Positions 1-12,582 of a DNA stretch of 64,000 nucleotides are shown one piece after another; the stretch's first letter is position 1; each line of letters opens with the position of its first letter. Origin of the DNA: Paraspadella gotoi. Lineage: Eukaryota > Animalia > Chaetognatha. The DNA lies in the NCBI GenBank assembly GCA_051294375.1, contig CM119263.1, positions 20,178,115-20,242,114 of the forward strand. The letters run 5' to 3'. The notes beneath the pieces are model-generated. The model did not search any database. It saw only the letters and a program-made list of their open reading frames with translations, and had not been told where the DNA came from. A program made the translations under genes and the position numbers.

Positions 1-1
1 C

Positions 2-1117
2 AAAACGGAGTGGCCCCAATACGCCGATGGGCTTTCCAAAGGCTATCAATATAATCTGGGGAATTATAAGTTTCTAAATCCGAGAGAATCAACTATTCAT
101 TCTTTGCTTCTGATCGATTTGATTTTAAGCGTCTCGTACGTATCCTCGCGTTCGGTGGCCCAGAAGCAAACGGCCTATGCGGCTCTGTTCGTCGCGTCGT
201 CGCTGACGCCGTTCGTCGTCCTCAGCCTGAATGTTCACGCGAGCTTCAGCCATGAAATCTTGTGCACCGACATAGTAAAGACGTGGAAGACTTTCTGCAG
301 GGGTTCAGATGAACTCATTATTGAAAGGATGCTCGTTTCGAAGCAAAGGCAGTACAGATGTTGCACGCTTTTCACTCAATTTACTTTCGTTTCCCTGGCT
401 TCAAGTTTCGTCCTATCTTTCTTGGATGCCTTTGGAGGTTATCAAGCGACGATCGCTTCGGTCAGAAACAGAAGGTCCATCACTATAATCGGAATAATTT
501 GTTTCGCTTTGCCGATAGGCCCTTTGGTGAAGTTAGGATCGAGCGAGACCAGCCGTGATGTTAAGAATTTCCTTTTCAATCACCTTTCGCGACGGCATTT
601 GGCTTACGTTAAAATTTCCAACTTATTTTTACACAAAGAATCCTTTTTCTTAATTTTCAACGTTTCTCTTCTCCCTTTGTTTTTTTGGATCGGTATGTCC
701 TTGACGACGAGGATCAAATGGACCAAAATCAGAATATTCAAAAAAATAATATTCGCGTCATTTCTCGGAATGTATTACTTTTTTCTCTTTTTTATTTTTA
801 AAATCCCAGAAAAAACGGAGTACAAAAAATTTGTTATTTTGAACTTCTGGGACCGTATTGATAACCAAATATGTCGTGCAACGCTCTCGGCGGACTTTCC
901 GGCCGAGTCGCCAATTTCGGTGTACATGAAAGAAATATATTTGTCGGTCAAAACAGGGCGAAACGTCACTGGGATATACGACGATTTCTTATCGTTGATT
1001 GACAGTGAATTTTCTCGTAATTACGATATGGTAAATATTTTTTTAATAATTTTTCCTACGATTATTTATTTTTTTACTGCGCGAAAAAATTGTGTGCCAA
1101 AATTTTTGATGGAATAA
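2..1117 (+). CDS. Intronless divergent 7-transmembrane (rhodopsin-type GPCR-like) protein, 5'-partial; nested antisense in a PKD intron
   Basis: The frame is open from position 2 (KTEWPQYADG...) to TAA at 1115-1117, at least 371 codons. There are seven hydrophobic stretches. Cys-Cys sits at the start of TM3, 'LSFLDAF' is at the DRY position, and TM7 'FPTIIYFF' resembles NPxxY. The start codon lies left of the window. Confidence 0.6.
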   Translation, partial: KTEWPQYADGLSKGYQYNLGNYKFLNPRESTIHSLLLIDLILSVSYVSSRSVAQKQTAYAALFVASSLTPFVVLSLNVHASFSHEILCTDIVKTWKTFCRGSDELIIERMLVSKQRQYRCCTLFTQFTFVSLASSFVLSFLDAFGGYQATIASVRNRRSITIIGIICFALPIGPLVKLGSSETSRDVKNFLFNHLSRRHLAYVKISNLFLHKESFFLIFNVSLLPLFFWIGMSLTTRIKWTKIRIFKKIIFASFLGMYYFFLFFIFKIPEKTEYKKFVILNFWDRIDNQICRATLSADFPAESPISVYMKEIYLSVKTGRNVTGIYDDFLSLIDSEFSRNYDMVNIFLIIFPTIIYFFTARKNCVPKFLME

Positions 1118-1845
1118 TAAGGTCTGCTATGGTCAATTGGTCATAGCATTAGCCGACCAAATTTAAATTTTAATGGGAACAGCATTAAACAAATCCATTT
1201 TTGGTATTCATTATTGTGTTAAAATTTTTTTTTGCAAAAATATTCCAAACCATGAGTTTTGAGTAATTCGCTAATTATTATATTGCTATATACTGTTTAA
1301 AAAAAATATCTTTGAATTTTTTTAAAGTGATTCTGATAGAGCTAATAGAACAAAAAAATGTAATAACAACTTTTTAAAATTTTGATGTTTTATTGCCGAA
1401 ATAAATAATAAATACTGTTTAAAATTATTATAAGATGATGATGATGATGATAATTTTTAAATGTTTTTATCAATTTTGACACACTATTAAAAAAGAATAA
1501 TACTTTTTATAAGCTATTTGAATCTGATTTTAAAAATAAAAAAATTTAAACAAAATTTGACATTTTTTATCTATAAATAAATATTAAAAAATTAATTACT
1601 AATGCTTTTAGCCATTTTAGAAAAATTTGGTCCATTGAAAGTTTTCCAAATCAAACTTCTGACCCACCCCATTGATCTAGATTGGTATGGAGCTCAACAG
1701 TTAAAAAAGAATTAAAATATTAAAGTGATGAAACAATAGACACAAAAGTTTACCTTATTCTTAATCAATTTTTATGTTATTTGGTGTTTACATTGAGCTG
1801 ATGTCAAGTGAGGTCATCAGAGCCTCGTTTTCGACAGGTCCTTAC

Positions 1846-3317
1846 CATCGCATTTGAGTCCCTGACGAACGATTCCGAAGAGAAATTCCCCGCAAAAGTC
1901 GCAGAAGGTGGGGCTTTTGTAGGAGTGGACCACAAGCATGTGGGGGCGAATCTGAAGTTCTTCGAAGGTGGCGCTCGCTGGATGGAGAAAAGAAACTTGT
2001 CGTTTTTTGTTTTGATTTTGTTTTCATTTCAATAACAATCATGTTATCATTCATTAATTTATCAATAAGTTCATTCATTCATTCATTCATTCATTTATTC
2101 ATTAAAAATCCTTACAAGAAAGCACGACTTCGATGAGTGCGTTTTCTGTGACCTCATCCGGGGATTTAAGAATCTGGAGGACGTTGGGGTCGGCCACGTC
2201 GTGTTTGAACAGCACCATCTTGTCCACGAGTTGAAACGAGTTGCGGTCGGGGAACTAGAAGAGTTGGGGGGCGGGTGCGGTGGGTGAGCGGTTTCTAGAA
2301 TTTTCGGGCATTATTTTCCGAAAGCGCTTCATTTTTCTTCCTAATCCTTGAATTTAATTTTAATTTAAATATTTAAATTTATTTATTTTTTTTTATGATT
2401 TATTCAATCTTTATATCTTATCCTTAACCCTAGCCTAATCTCTAACTCTATTCCCTAATTCCAAACCCTAATCCTTAACCTTGTCTCTCAGCCCTTCTTT
2501 AACTTAAAAAAAAATTTAATTATGAATTAAAGCTGAAATGGAGCGCTTTCGAAAAAGATGGCCGATTTTGGTGGTCGACTGACTGACTGCCTGCGTTTTA
2601 AGCGACGCTTGATTTCAAGTTACATCCCCGACGACCGAATTTGAAATACGTTTAAACTCTATACTCTCTGAGGACCCGACGTTCCATTCGTAGGGTCGTT
2701 CCTTGAGAATCAAGGTCACGATTTTATGAGGCGGAAATGTCAACGGGATAAGGAAGAGACGAATGGGGTTTGGGAATTAAGGAGGCGAGGGGACAGTGGG
2801 GGAGAGAGGGAGAAAGAAAAGAGGAAAAGGAGAGGGAAAAAGACAAAAAGTATGCGAAGTTGAATGGGGGAAAAAGAATGGGAGGATAGAGTGTGGGAAG
2901 ACAGAGGAAGGGAATAGAGGGATAGTACGAAGGAGAGAGGAGAGAGAACGAAGAGGGAGGGCGAGAGATGGAGAAGACAAGAAGGGATAGAGGATCCTTA
3001 TGACGAGGAGCTACCGAATCGAAAAGTCGAGTACATTAGCCATTAGCCGCGGCTTTTCTGGCGGAAACGAGATGACCGAGAGCCAATCAGCTTTCGCTAA
3101 AAGACTCTGTCATTTCTGACCGCGAAAAAGAGAGAAAAAAGCCACGAGAAAAAAACAAATATTCTTGTTGAGAGAAGAAAAACTAAAATAAAAAAAAGTG
3201 TTCCTTTTTTTTTCTCTCTCTCTCTCTCTTCCTGTGGTCAACTCGGCCTAAAAGAGTTTTGGCCGGTAAATCCTCACTAGCGTCGCATCTCGAAGTTAAC
3301 AGCTCGAAGGAAGTGAA

Positions 3318-3355
<38 letters not shown>

Positions 3356-3574
3356 CATCTAGGCTTTTCCTTCATTTCCATCTAATTCTAACGCTTCGTA
3401 TTTTGTCCAAAAATAACTCGAAATCGGGAAAAGTGAAAAATCGGAAATTTTCTATCAGAAATTTTGTCGTCTTTTCCGATCTTCGATTTACCGAGGTAAG
3501 GGAACGGTAAGGTAAGGTAAAGCACGACGAAGATTCGTCGACGTTTCGTCAATATTTTCCAATCGTAAAGATTT

Positions 3575-3624
<50 letters not shown>

Positions 3625-6600
3625 AGAGAAAGAGGTAAAGCGGGAAACCTCATTTCGCCCTCATTTCTCTTTTCGTATCGAAAGAGCGACGATGACGATG
3701 ACGATGACGCTGATTTCGGCGACGATCGCGGCTTCCATCTGTTTATCAATCTTCGAATTCGGCGAAGCTCATTGGACTGGGTGAGTACAGGGGCCTTTAA
3801 AGATACTCACCTGGATTGACTCGAGGGCGAAGGGTATAATCTTACTCATTGCGCCAAAGACGAGGGATTGATTTTTCACGTCGGCGAACGGGAAGAGAAA
3901 GACAAGTAATACAGCGTTCAGTACTAGTCGATTGGCTTTCTCACTTGATTCGAAATAAGTTTTACTTTCGACGTTAATCGCTAGAAATTGGAAACTCGAG
4001 CACCCGATTTCCAATTTCAGCTATCCTCACTACCACGCCCACCGTCGACGCTCCAACGAAGACGTCGTCGACCTCGACGTCGCCAAGTTCAACCGAAATC
4101 CGATGGAGCGACATCAGAATCTCGTTGAAGACCCGTTCCAGAAGTCGATCGCCGACTTTTACAAAAGGGTTAGCGACTTTCACACCAACAGGTGAGTCTG
4201 TTGAAATTTTTTTCTGTAAAAATATATTGTTTTTCCGCTAAATATTCTTCATGCACTATATATTTATTTTTATTTCTATTACTCTGTCACCATATGGGTT
4301 ACCATTGGGGACTTTTTAGAAATATAACTATCAGAATTTGTAAGGAAAGACGACAGAAAAAAAGAATCAAGAGAAGAAAGAGGAGATCAAAAAAGTGAAA
4401 ACCGATAATCGTAGTCGGAGAAAAAGAGAGGGCGAAGAGTTACTAGGTAACCCTGAAAATATAAGAAATTAAAATAAAACTACTAAAAAGTTGTCTTACT
4501 CTGAAGATCAAGGATGACAACGACAAAGAAAGAAAAAGGAGATTTCATTATCAATTAGTTTATAAATTTTTTGTTAAGATAAGAAATGGAAGAAAATTAA
4601 AAAAAGGAAAATGAAAAGAGGAAAGAAAAGAAAAGAGAAAAGAAAAGAAAAGGGAATAGGAAAGAAAAGAGAAGAAAAAAAGAGAAAAAGAAAAATGACG
4701 TTTAGTAAGTAAAAGCTAAGTATTATAAAAAAACAATAAAAAAATCTTTTTGCGCCGAGATTTTATAAAAGAATGTCATTTCGCTGAGTGACAATGCCTC
4801 ATGCTCGAGTCATCTTGATTGGCGCCGGTTCCGATGCCGACAAAGTAACCGGCAGCGGCCGCTGCTCTCGGCGCTGACGAACGCCGCCTTAGAAAATAAA
4901 ATTATATTTGATATATTTAAATTCCAAATTATGAAAATAATTAGCTAGGTAGAAAATAAAAAAATACTAGAATAGGAAATAAAAGAAAAAAAAAAATCGA
5001 AAAAAGAAATGCGCAAATGCGAAATTTGGAGATCGAGAGACGACGAGGAGCGACCATATATTTACGACGTCGATGTCAATGCGATAACGTAGAAAACGCC
5101 GAAAAGAGATGTGAAGATTTGCGAGGAAAAAAAGTGACGATCGAAGCAGACGTTACTTGACAATTCGACACGGTTCGCTTGAAAAGAAGTCTAGGGGAGA
5201 CGAGGACGACGACGACAACGCCAACAGGAAAGCAGAGAGGCTTGAGACAATGAGAAAAATCAATAGAAATTGTGAAAAAGTGAAATGGTTGTCGTAAGCA
5301 GAGATCGTCGGAGAGAATGGTTTCTCAAAACCCTTTAAGAAGTCGTTGAATAAAACAGTCGGCTCCTTGTATTTTGATGCGAGTGCGAGGTATAATATCG
5401 TATTACCCGATGTAGTACTTAGGGGAGCTCATAAAACGTTATTCCATTTCATAGCGAAGCCAGGTTCTCTAAGAGTTGATAAACTTAATGGTGAGTCTTG
5501 ATTGAAAGCTTGCAGAATCCTACTATGTTATTCATAGAAAACGGAGTCACTATGGCAACAGCGGGGTTGCCTGTGATACCTATTGGGATGGGACATCTCA
5601 CTGTTGGCTTTAGGGCCTTCCGACCCTCAGTGACGCCTCCTGTCACGGGCGCGGTTACCCTAGAACGGCCTCGCTTTGCCAACGCATAGAGAAGTCGTTA
5701 GAACTGTGGATGGAACACAATGCTCGGGATGAGTGTGTTCCCCCTCTGAGCCACTGGGATTGACAACGATGATGGACGTGAGGCGGTGTGAATATACCAC
5801 CACATCATCTGATTTATTACAATCCTTCCCTTTATCAAATAAAATCGAATTAGTGTTTTTCCTTCTTTTTTAAAATTTTTATTTTCAATAACGATTCTTC
5901 ATTTAAAGGCCCAATTACTACTCTGGCTTCGGAAACGACAACTTCGATCCTGAGTACTTGGCGCCTCCGGAAATGACGGGCGTCTTGCACGCGAAAGGGT
6001 CTCCCGCCAACCCGCCCGTCTGGCCGCGGAAAAGGCCCGACGAGTTCTCCGCCCTGCCCGCCGACTACCGCGAAGCCTACGATCGGATGACGGAAAAAAT
6101 TTCGGCCCTGCCCGACAACTTCCACGACGCGGACGCGGCGGCCAGAGTGACGCCCGACGGGAAAATCGTGAAGAGTCGATTCGAGGTTCACAAGAACAAA
6201 GACGACAACTCAAAGTCCTTTTCTTATTCCACGAGCAACAGCGTCACTTGGTGACGGGCAGAGGGGAAAGGGGGGTGGGGGGTGCGTGGCAACCGTTAAT
6301 AGCCATGTAGAAATTGAGGCATATTGGGGGCGTGAATGAATATCGAGTCGGAGGAAAACGAACAAAAGGGAAAGGAGAAAAACTGAGGAATAACGTGGGG
6401 GGGGGGTAATTTTGGGGTGGAGATGTGGGGTGATGACAAGAATAAGGTGAAATCGTGGGAGAAATGAAATGATAAAATTCAACTAAGTTTAGATGAGTTT
6501 GTATTGTACTAAATTTTATCGCCCAAATCGCCGAGTTTTATGAGAGCGATATCTACTGTTTACGTCGTTAATCCGCTCACGGTGAGAGTTTCACAGGAGC

Positions 6601-8172
6601 TCTAAACAAATAACATTAACAGCCTTTATCATTCCTCAATTAAAAATTGTTGGGATTAAACTTTTATTGTTTTTGAGATTCTAAAAAAAACAGGATTTCC
6701 TGGCTCCTACTAAAAAACAGATTTTCTAGCTCGGCACAAAAATATGATCCCCAGTCCCCAGTTTCACCCACCTTTCTGTCCACGAAAGCGGCCGCCAATT
6801 CTTTCAACGAAGTCATCGACGTCACTTCCTGCAGCAGCGTAAGCGGCACGCGGTCTCTGAATTAAAAAAAAAAAAAAGAGAAAAAACGATGAAACAAAAG
6901 GCGGCGAATCGATGTTTTCCTTTCTGCCGATTTTGCTTCCGATTTTACGGTTATTTCGACGAATTTACGACCGCCAACGTTTACGGAGGACGTGACGGGA
7001 GGAGGAAGTGATTAGAGAGGTAAACTTTAGTCCGTTGGCTTAAAATATTGTCGTCGTCGTCGTCGTCGCCTTTTTTGATACAATAACATTGTTGAAGACG
7101 ACTATGACAGCTTCTTTATATTACCCAAACAAAAGGGAAGAAGAAAGACATCGTGACGAAGGCGGATGTTCGTGAAATACGAAACAGTTTGACTTTTACA
7201 TCGCAAAAATCTAAAGCGAAAAGTAGCGAGAACAGCAATCACCTGTGGAATCCCATCTGCAGCCAGAAGGAAGGCTGCGGGGCCGAAGAGGTTTTTGACG
7301 AGGCCGAGTTGATAGACGCCATCGAGATGGCCGAGGTCAGCGCCGTTCGTAGGTTGTCGTTCCCGTATCCGGTCGACAACAGCGCCATTTCCTGGAAGGT
7401 GGCGGAATGGGGAGAATCTATGAACTACTAACAATACTTGGGGAAGAAAAAGTAAAACTATATTAGGGTTGTAACTGGCTATTATCTAGGCTTTTGTTAA
7501 GATTTATATCATTTATAACCTTAACTACCATATTGAACCACCTGCGAAATTGACGTTTCATTGTTATTAAAAAAAAAAAAAAATCGTACCTTTTCTGCTT
7601 GAAGAAGAAGAAAAAATTACACACTGACAAACACACTCACACAAAAAAGAATAACAGCTGAAAGATGCACCGAATGTAAAAGAAGAGATGAGCTGCCGGT
7701 GAACGAATGACAAGAGCGACGCGAATATCACCCAGGAAAATGAAAAATGGCAAAGACGAGAAATTAACGTCCAAATGATAAAACGCGCGTCATCTCGCGC
7801 GCCGATCCGCGTTCCGTCGCTTCCGAAGGAATTTTTACGTAGAAATATTCGGCAAATCAAATACGAAATCTTTCAGCCAATCGGGTGAGAATCTCCAGCC
7901 AATCAACGGCGAATCGATAGTTCCATCAATTTTAGGAGGATTTTAAGAGTCGATTTGACTTGGCAAAGAGTAAAAAAAGGGTTGAGGTGAAGAAACATAA
8001 TTTGAAAAAAAAAAAGAGATAAGAATTTCGCTACCTGAGCGGACAGCCGCCGACCGCCCTGCCCGAGGGCTTGCACCAAAAGATGGCCGGCAGCGGCGAC
8101 GCCCGCGTTGGAAGGGTCCGCCACCGATGCCCGACGAGATTTCGCATGACCGTCGCACATGGGAGTCCACAT
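1846..8172 (-). CDS. PRKD: Serine/threonine protein kinase D (PKD/PKCmu family), 5' part; the gene continues beyond the left edge
   Basis: Exons 8172-8035, 7424-7243, 6856-6772, 2254-2116 and 1977-1846 are all GT-AG and phase-consistent. They encode [13 protein letters not shown]...[31 protein letters not shown]...LIEVVLS (PKD N-terminal ubiquitin-like domain) and [42 protein letters not shown] (C1a). The first exon is the least certain. Confidence 0.93.
2304..2565. mobile_element. MITE-like element with ~30-bp imperfect terminal inverted repeats and an internal degenerate (CCCTAA)n tract
   Basis: The left arm TCGGGCATTATTTTCCGAAAGCGCTTCATTT (2304-2334) matches the reverse complement of the right arm, TCGGCCATCTTTTTCGAAAGCGCTCCATTT (2536-2565). 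Positions ~2422-2482 hold ccttaa/ccctag/cctaat/ccctaa units. Confidence 0.55.
3692..6254 (+). CDS. Secreted propeptide/neuropeptide-precursor-like protein (201 aa), nested antisense in PKD intron 3
   Basis: Exons 3692-3780, 4021-4191 and 5909-6254, with GTGAGT donors and both introns phase 2, join into one 606-nt ORF. It starts with a signal-peptide-like [26 protein letters not shown], followed by [14 protein letters not shown] and later KR and RKR sites. Confidence 0.75.
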
Positions 8173-8797
8173 TTTGAAGTAGTTAAGCTGTTTAATTTCT
8201 ACGTAAAACGTTTGGAGCGAGACATATTTGTGACGCTTTGTTACGTTTTCGATTATATTTTGTGAAGTCGTGACGGCATAAAATTGTTTTTTTTAATAAT
8301 GATTCTAGCGAAGAGCGAAGACAAAACATAAGACAGAGAGTAAGACTAAGTTCGGTTGACGAAAAGTTGTCCAAATGCGAAAATGGGAAGAAGTAGCTCA
8401 TGCGCATTATCGCAAAACTGCATAATGTTAAAAGGACATAAAGAAATATAAAACGAATAGAAGAAGTGGAGAATCTAATAGAAAATAGCTTTGAAAGGGG
8501 GAAAAATATGATCGAGATATTAAAGGTTCTTTTTGCACCCTGACGAGGTTTGCGCGAATGACAAAATAAAAAATAAAAAAATCGGAAAAGAAAGAGGAGG
8601 CGAGAAAAGGAAAGAGGAGAACAAGGATAGGTAATGAGTTAAGAATAAAAAATAATTAAAAAAATCTTAGTCGGAACCTCACACACATCACACACCTCGA
8701 AACTAATATTCTACGAACTAGGAAAAAAATTATAAATAAAAAGTCCAAAATGAATTTCTGAATGATTTTTGATAAAAAATTGTGAAGAGAAAATTCT

Positions 8798-8807
8798 NNN
8801 NNNNNNN
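8798..8807. other. Assembly gap (10 N)
   Basis: Run of N in the sequence. Confidence 1.
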
Positions 8808-9716
8808 ATGGAGAATATTAATTAAAAAAGAAGAAAAGGGAATAAATAGAAAATTAAAGTCGTTCGTACGAAATGAGAACACACTCTCTCTCTCTCTCTC
8901 TCTCTCTTCAAAACACACAAATGTTCAAATTATTTGCCAGAAACCAAAAAACAAAGGAAACGTTTTGCGTCACCGAGTGACCGACGAACGTAAGACTTCG
9001 TTCGAATTCACGTGAACCGCGTCCGCGCGCCAAAGCTCGCTCGAGTGCGCGCCCGAGTGCGAGCCCAAGTGCGAATGACGCGCCCGAAAAAGAGAGAAAG
9101 ACGCGAGAAGGCGAGAAGGAGAAAAACCCGATTTCTTTGGTCATCGCGACGTCAGGTGCAAAACCGATGAAGAAGGCGAACAGACGAAGAGGGATATATT
9201 TAGAAAGACAATAAGTTACAGGAGCCCCTATCATGGCGTTGGCGATCGCAGCTTTGGTTCAAATATATAACCTCGGGCCTAAACGCTTTTTCGAGTTTTC
9301 ATAAAAATGCCGCAAGAACGAAGCTTTTGTCAGGTTGGATTCCAAACTATATATATTATATTATATATATTATTATCCATAGTCAAGGTTAAATAAGATT
9401 TTTCAACGTCAGCCGCCCAAAAACGGCAGCACGACGTCATAGCTTTTACAATGTGCATAGCGTTTCCTCTAGTATGATTTTTCAAAAAATCGGGAACAGG
9501 TCGGCGTCACGGTCGAGGTTCGCTTGTCAATCATCCCTCGTGGAGACGCACTGACTTATCGTAAAACGCAACGTCGTTCGGGAAACGACGAAAATTCAAT
9601 GTCTACATAAGTTCCGCCGCCAGTGTAAAATATTTCGCCAAAGTGAGCAGTATCGAATTTCGCCCGTTTTTACTGGTTGTTTTGGTAACGGCTTTCCGCT
9701 ACTTTTAAAAGCGATG

Positions 9717-9747
<31 letters not shown>

Positions 9748-10138
9748 TTTTTACCCGAGATTATGTAACATTTAGCATCATCATTCCAGTGAAATTCTTA
9801 CCGAAATGGAGCAATTTCTGGTTCCAGTGATAAGTTTTTCCATCTGATTGGTTTAATGACAAAGTCATTCACACGCGGCCGACTCGTGAATCGAGGAAAA
9901 CAACCAGTGATTTTATTTATTTTATCTTCTTTTTTGGGTTTTCAATAGGACATTGACTCGCCCCCCCCCCTTTTGTTCTCTCGTCGATTAATTAAATTGT
10001 TAAAGTCAACGCGACGTTTGGGAGAGAAAAAGGAAGACGTCGCGAGGAAAAAAAGATTCGATTTAATTCCTGACTTCCTTCCCAGGACGAAAGTCAATCA
10101 GTCGCGTTTGAAATAAGATTTCGATTTGATTGTCAGTG

Positions 10139-10263
<125 letters not shown>

Positions 10264-11398
10264 GCAGAGAATAATCTCCTTAAAAAGCATTTGGATCCGG
10301 ATTTTTTTTTTAAGCAATGAATGTGAGGGTGAATGAACGAATTGTGTTTGTTAGAGAATATTGTTCTGATAAAAAAAATAGACATTCTCGGACAGACAAA
10401 AAGATACCCTGGGCATCAGTCGTTTTCGGATAGATTGTACAAATTTCAAAAATTGTATTCAGATATTTTTTTACAAATTGTATAAATTGTATTTTGATGA
10501 TTTTCTGTAATTCTTCCTTACCGATTTCTCTTGTTTTAATTTTATTCAGTCGGAGATCGATGGCAGGGATAAGGTCATGATCCTTCAGTCCAAAAGAAGA
10601 TCGTTTCCTTTTTTGGTGTCGATTGTGTTATATGCAAATCCGTTTCTTGACTTTTTTATTTCCAGTTTCTATTTCTTTTTTTTTCTTATTCGCTTTTACG
10701 TTTTTTCAATTTATCGTCGAGTTTTCACTTTCGTTTTCACTTTCCTATGATAACGTGATTCTCACACACGGTCTTTCACAATCCTTTTGGAATTTGATTA
10801 TCGGTCACAATTACGTAAACTGCGTATTATTCTCTTTAGGCGCCCTACGGTCAACTATTGATTGATATATATTTTTTAATTCCTTTGGCTTGAAGCCTCT
10901 TGCGCTCGAGAAGAACGGAAATTTCCATTTGCTTTTTTTTTTTGATTGTTTTTTTTATTTCGTATTATTCAGTTGTCAGGGCGCGTAGTTATAAGTTATT
11001 TAACTAGTTTTTAAAACTAAATACTTGGGTAAGTGCTTTTCGACAAATCTTTAAAAGGTAAGTGTTCGAAAAACACGCACCAGTGCCTCGGTAGGATTCG
11101 TAGTTATAAGATTGCGGAGTACGCCGACGGCAATGACGTTGCTTTTCCAATCGCTACTCCTGCAGCAGCTGCTGCGGAAGGACAAGCTGCTGAAGCGGCG
11201 TTGGTTGACGGCAACGGTTGACAAAAGATTGTGATGACGGAAGTAACAGCGTGGATCTGGAAAAAAAGAAACGAAAGAAAAAAGATTAAATATCATTACG
11301 AATGAAATGAAAAGTAATGGATTTTAGAAATTCCATAATCATTATTTAAATACATGAAGTAATAGGTTGATTGCCAAAATTTATGGAATAGATAACAA

Positions 11399-11514
11399 TG
11401 AAATTGGTACAACCAATATAAAAATTATCCATTCATTTAATAAATAAGCTATCTTGCCCCTGACTTTGGACAGGCTTTGGTGGTTTAAGGCAAGCTTTCA
11501 ATCAAGACTCTCTC
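11399..11514 (-). mobile_element. Dispersed repeat, copy with a 41-nt internal deletion
   Basis: TGAAATTGGTACAACCAATATAAAAATTATC...GACTTTGGACAGGCTTTGGTGGTTTAAGGC...AAGCTTTCAATCAAGACTCTC is near-identical to 37141-37297. Confidence 0.85.
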
Positions 11515-12528
11515 ACAGTCTCGTTTATTCACTCCCAGAGTCAGAGCAGAATATGTCTAGAGTAATAGAACTGTTACGTGCGCCGCGTTGAATGAAGTTG
11601 AGAAACGAAACGGAAAAAAACTTAGTAGAGTGATGACTGTGAGACTGAGCAACCTCCGTAAGTGAAAGTGTAGAGCAATTTCAAAACATCAGAACTTGGG
11701 ACTTATTAAATGAATGCTGGAGCAAGGAGCATAGATGTGAAATCAAAGAAGCGGACACAGTTAAAAAATAAAAATAGCGGCAAATTCCAGATAGAAATAG
11801 TAGAAATAGTAACGATCATAAAACTAAAAAGACGAAGTGATGGGCATTATTAAATGTAACCCTTTATGAGCAAGAGCGAAAGTGGGGATCTTCATGGTGA
11901 AAAAGCGAAAGTGGGGTGCGAAAGTGATGAGCCTGAGTGTAAGAAAATCCAAAGTGAGGAACGAACCTAAGTGAAGAATGAACTAAAGTGAGTGGCGAGA
12001 AAAGCGAAAGTGGGGAGCGCGTGCCCTGGAAACCGGAACCGACAGTCATCAACGTCATCGCCGCGAGATAAAAGAGGCTGGCGCCGACGAAGAGGCGCAG
12101 TTGGCGGGAAAATTAAACAATGATACGAGAGATAAAGCAGATGGATCACTCGAGATGGAATGAAGTCTGTCAACGGATTTTCAGCATTTCAATCATATTT
12201 AAAACCCAACTTGTTTTTTTTTCCATAAAAAATATGTAGAGAAAAACGTGCAATATGTAATACGCCTTCAATATTGATGTTTAGTAAATCTTGGTCTCTT
12301 TTGCCTAAATTTCAATCGATTGCTAGCTTTGTTAAAATAATCGGCAATTTTGAAAGCAGAAAAAAAAAATAAAAACACGAAAAAAAGATGGGGAAAAAAA
12401 TTGGAGGTGGAACCGGAACAAAGGACCGACTGACGTTGACGCGATAATTATCCACGATTTTTTACATACGAAGCAATTTAAATCATGGAAAGGAGAGAGA
12501 ACTCAAGAGATCACAAATTGATAAAAGG

Positions 12529-12582
<54 letters not shown>

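Noticed and set aside
7153-7431. Plus-strand 92-aa ORF that looked like a third nested gene
   Set aside because: It is the antisense shadow of PKD exon 7424-7243 ([10 protein letters not shown]).
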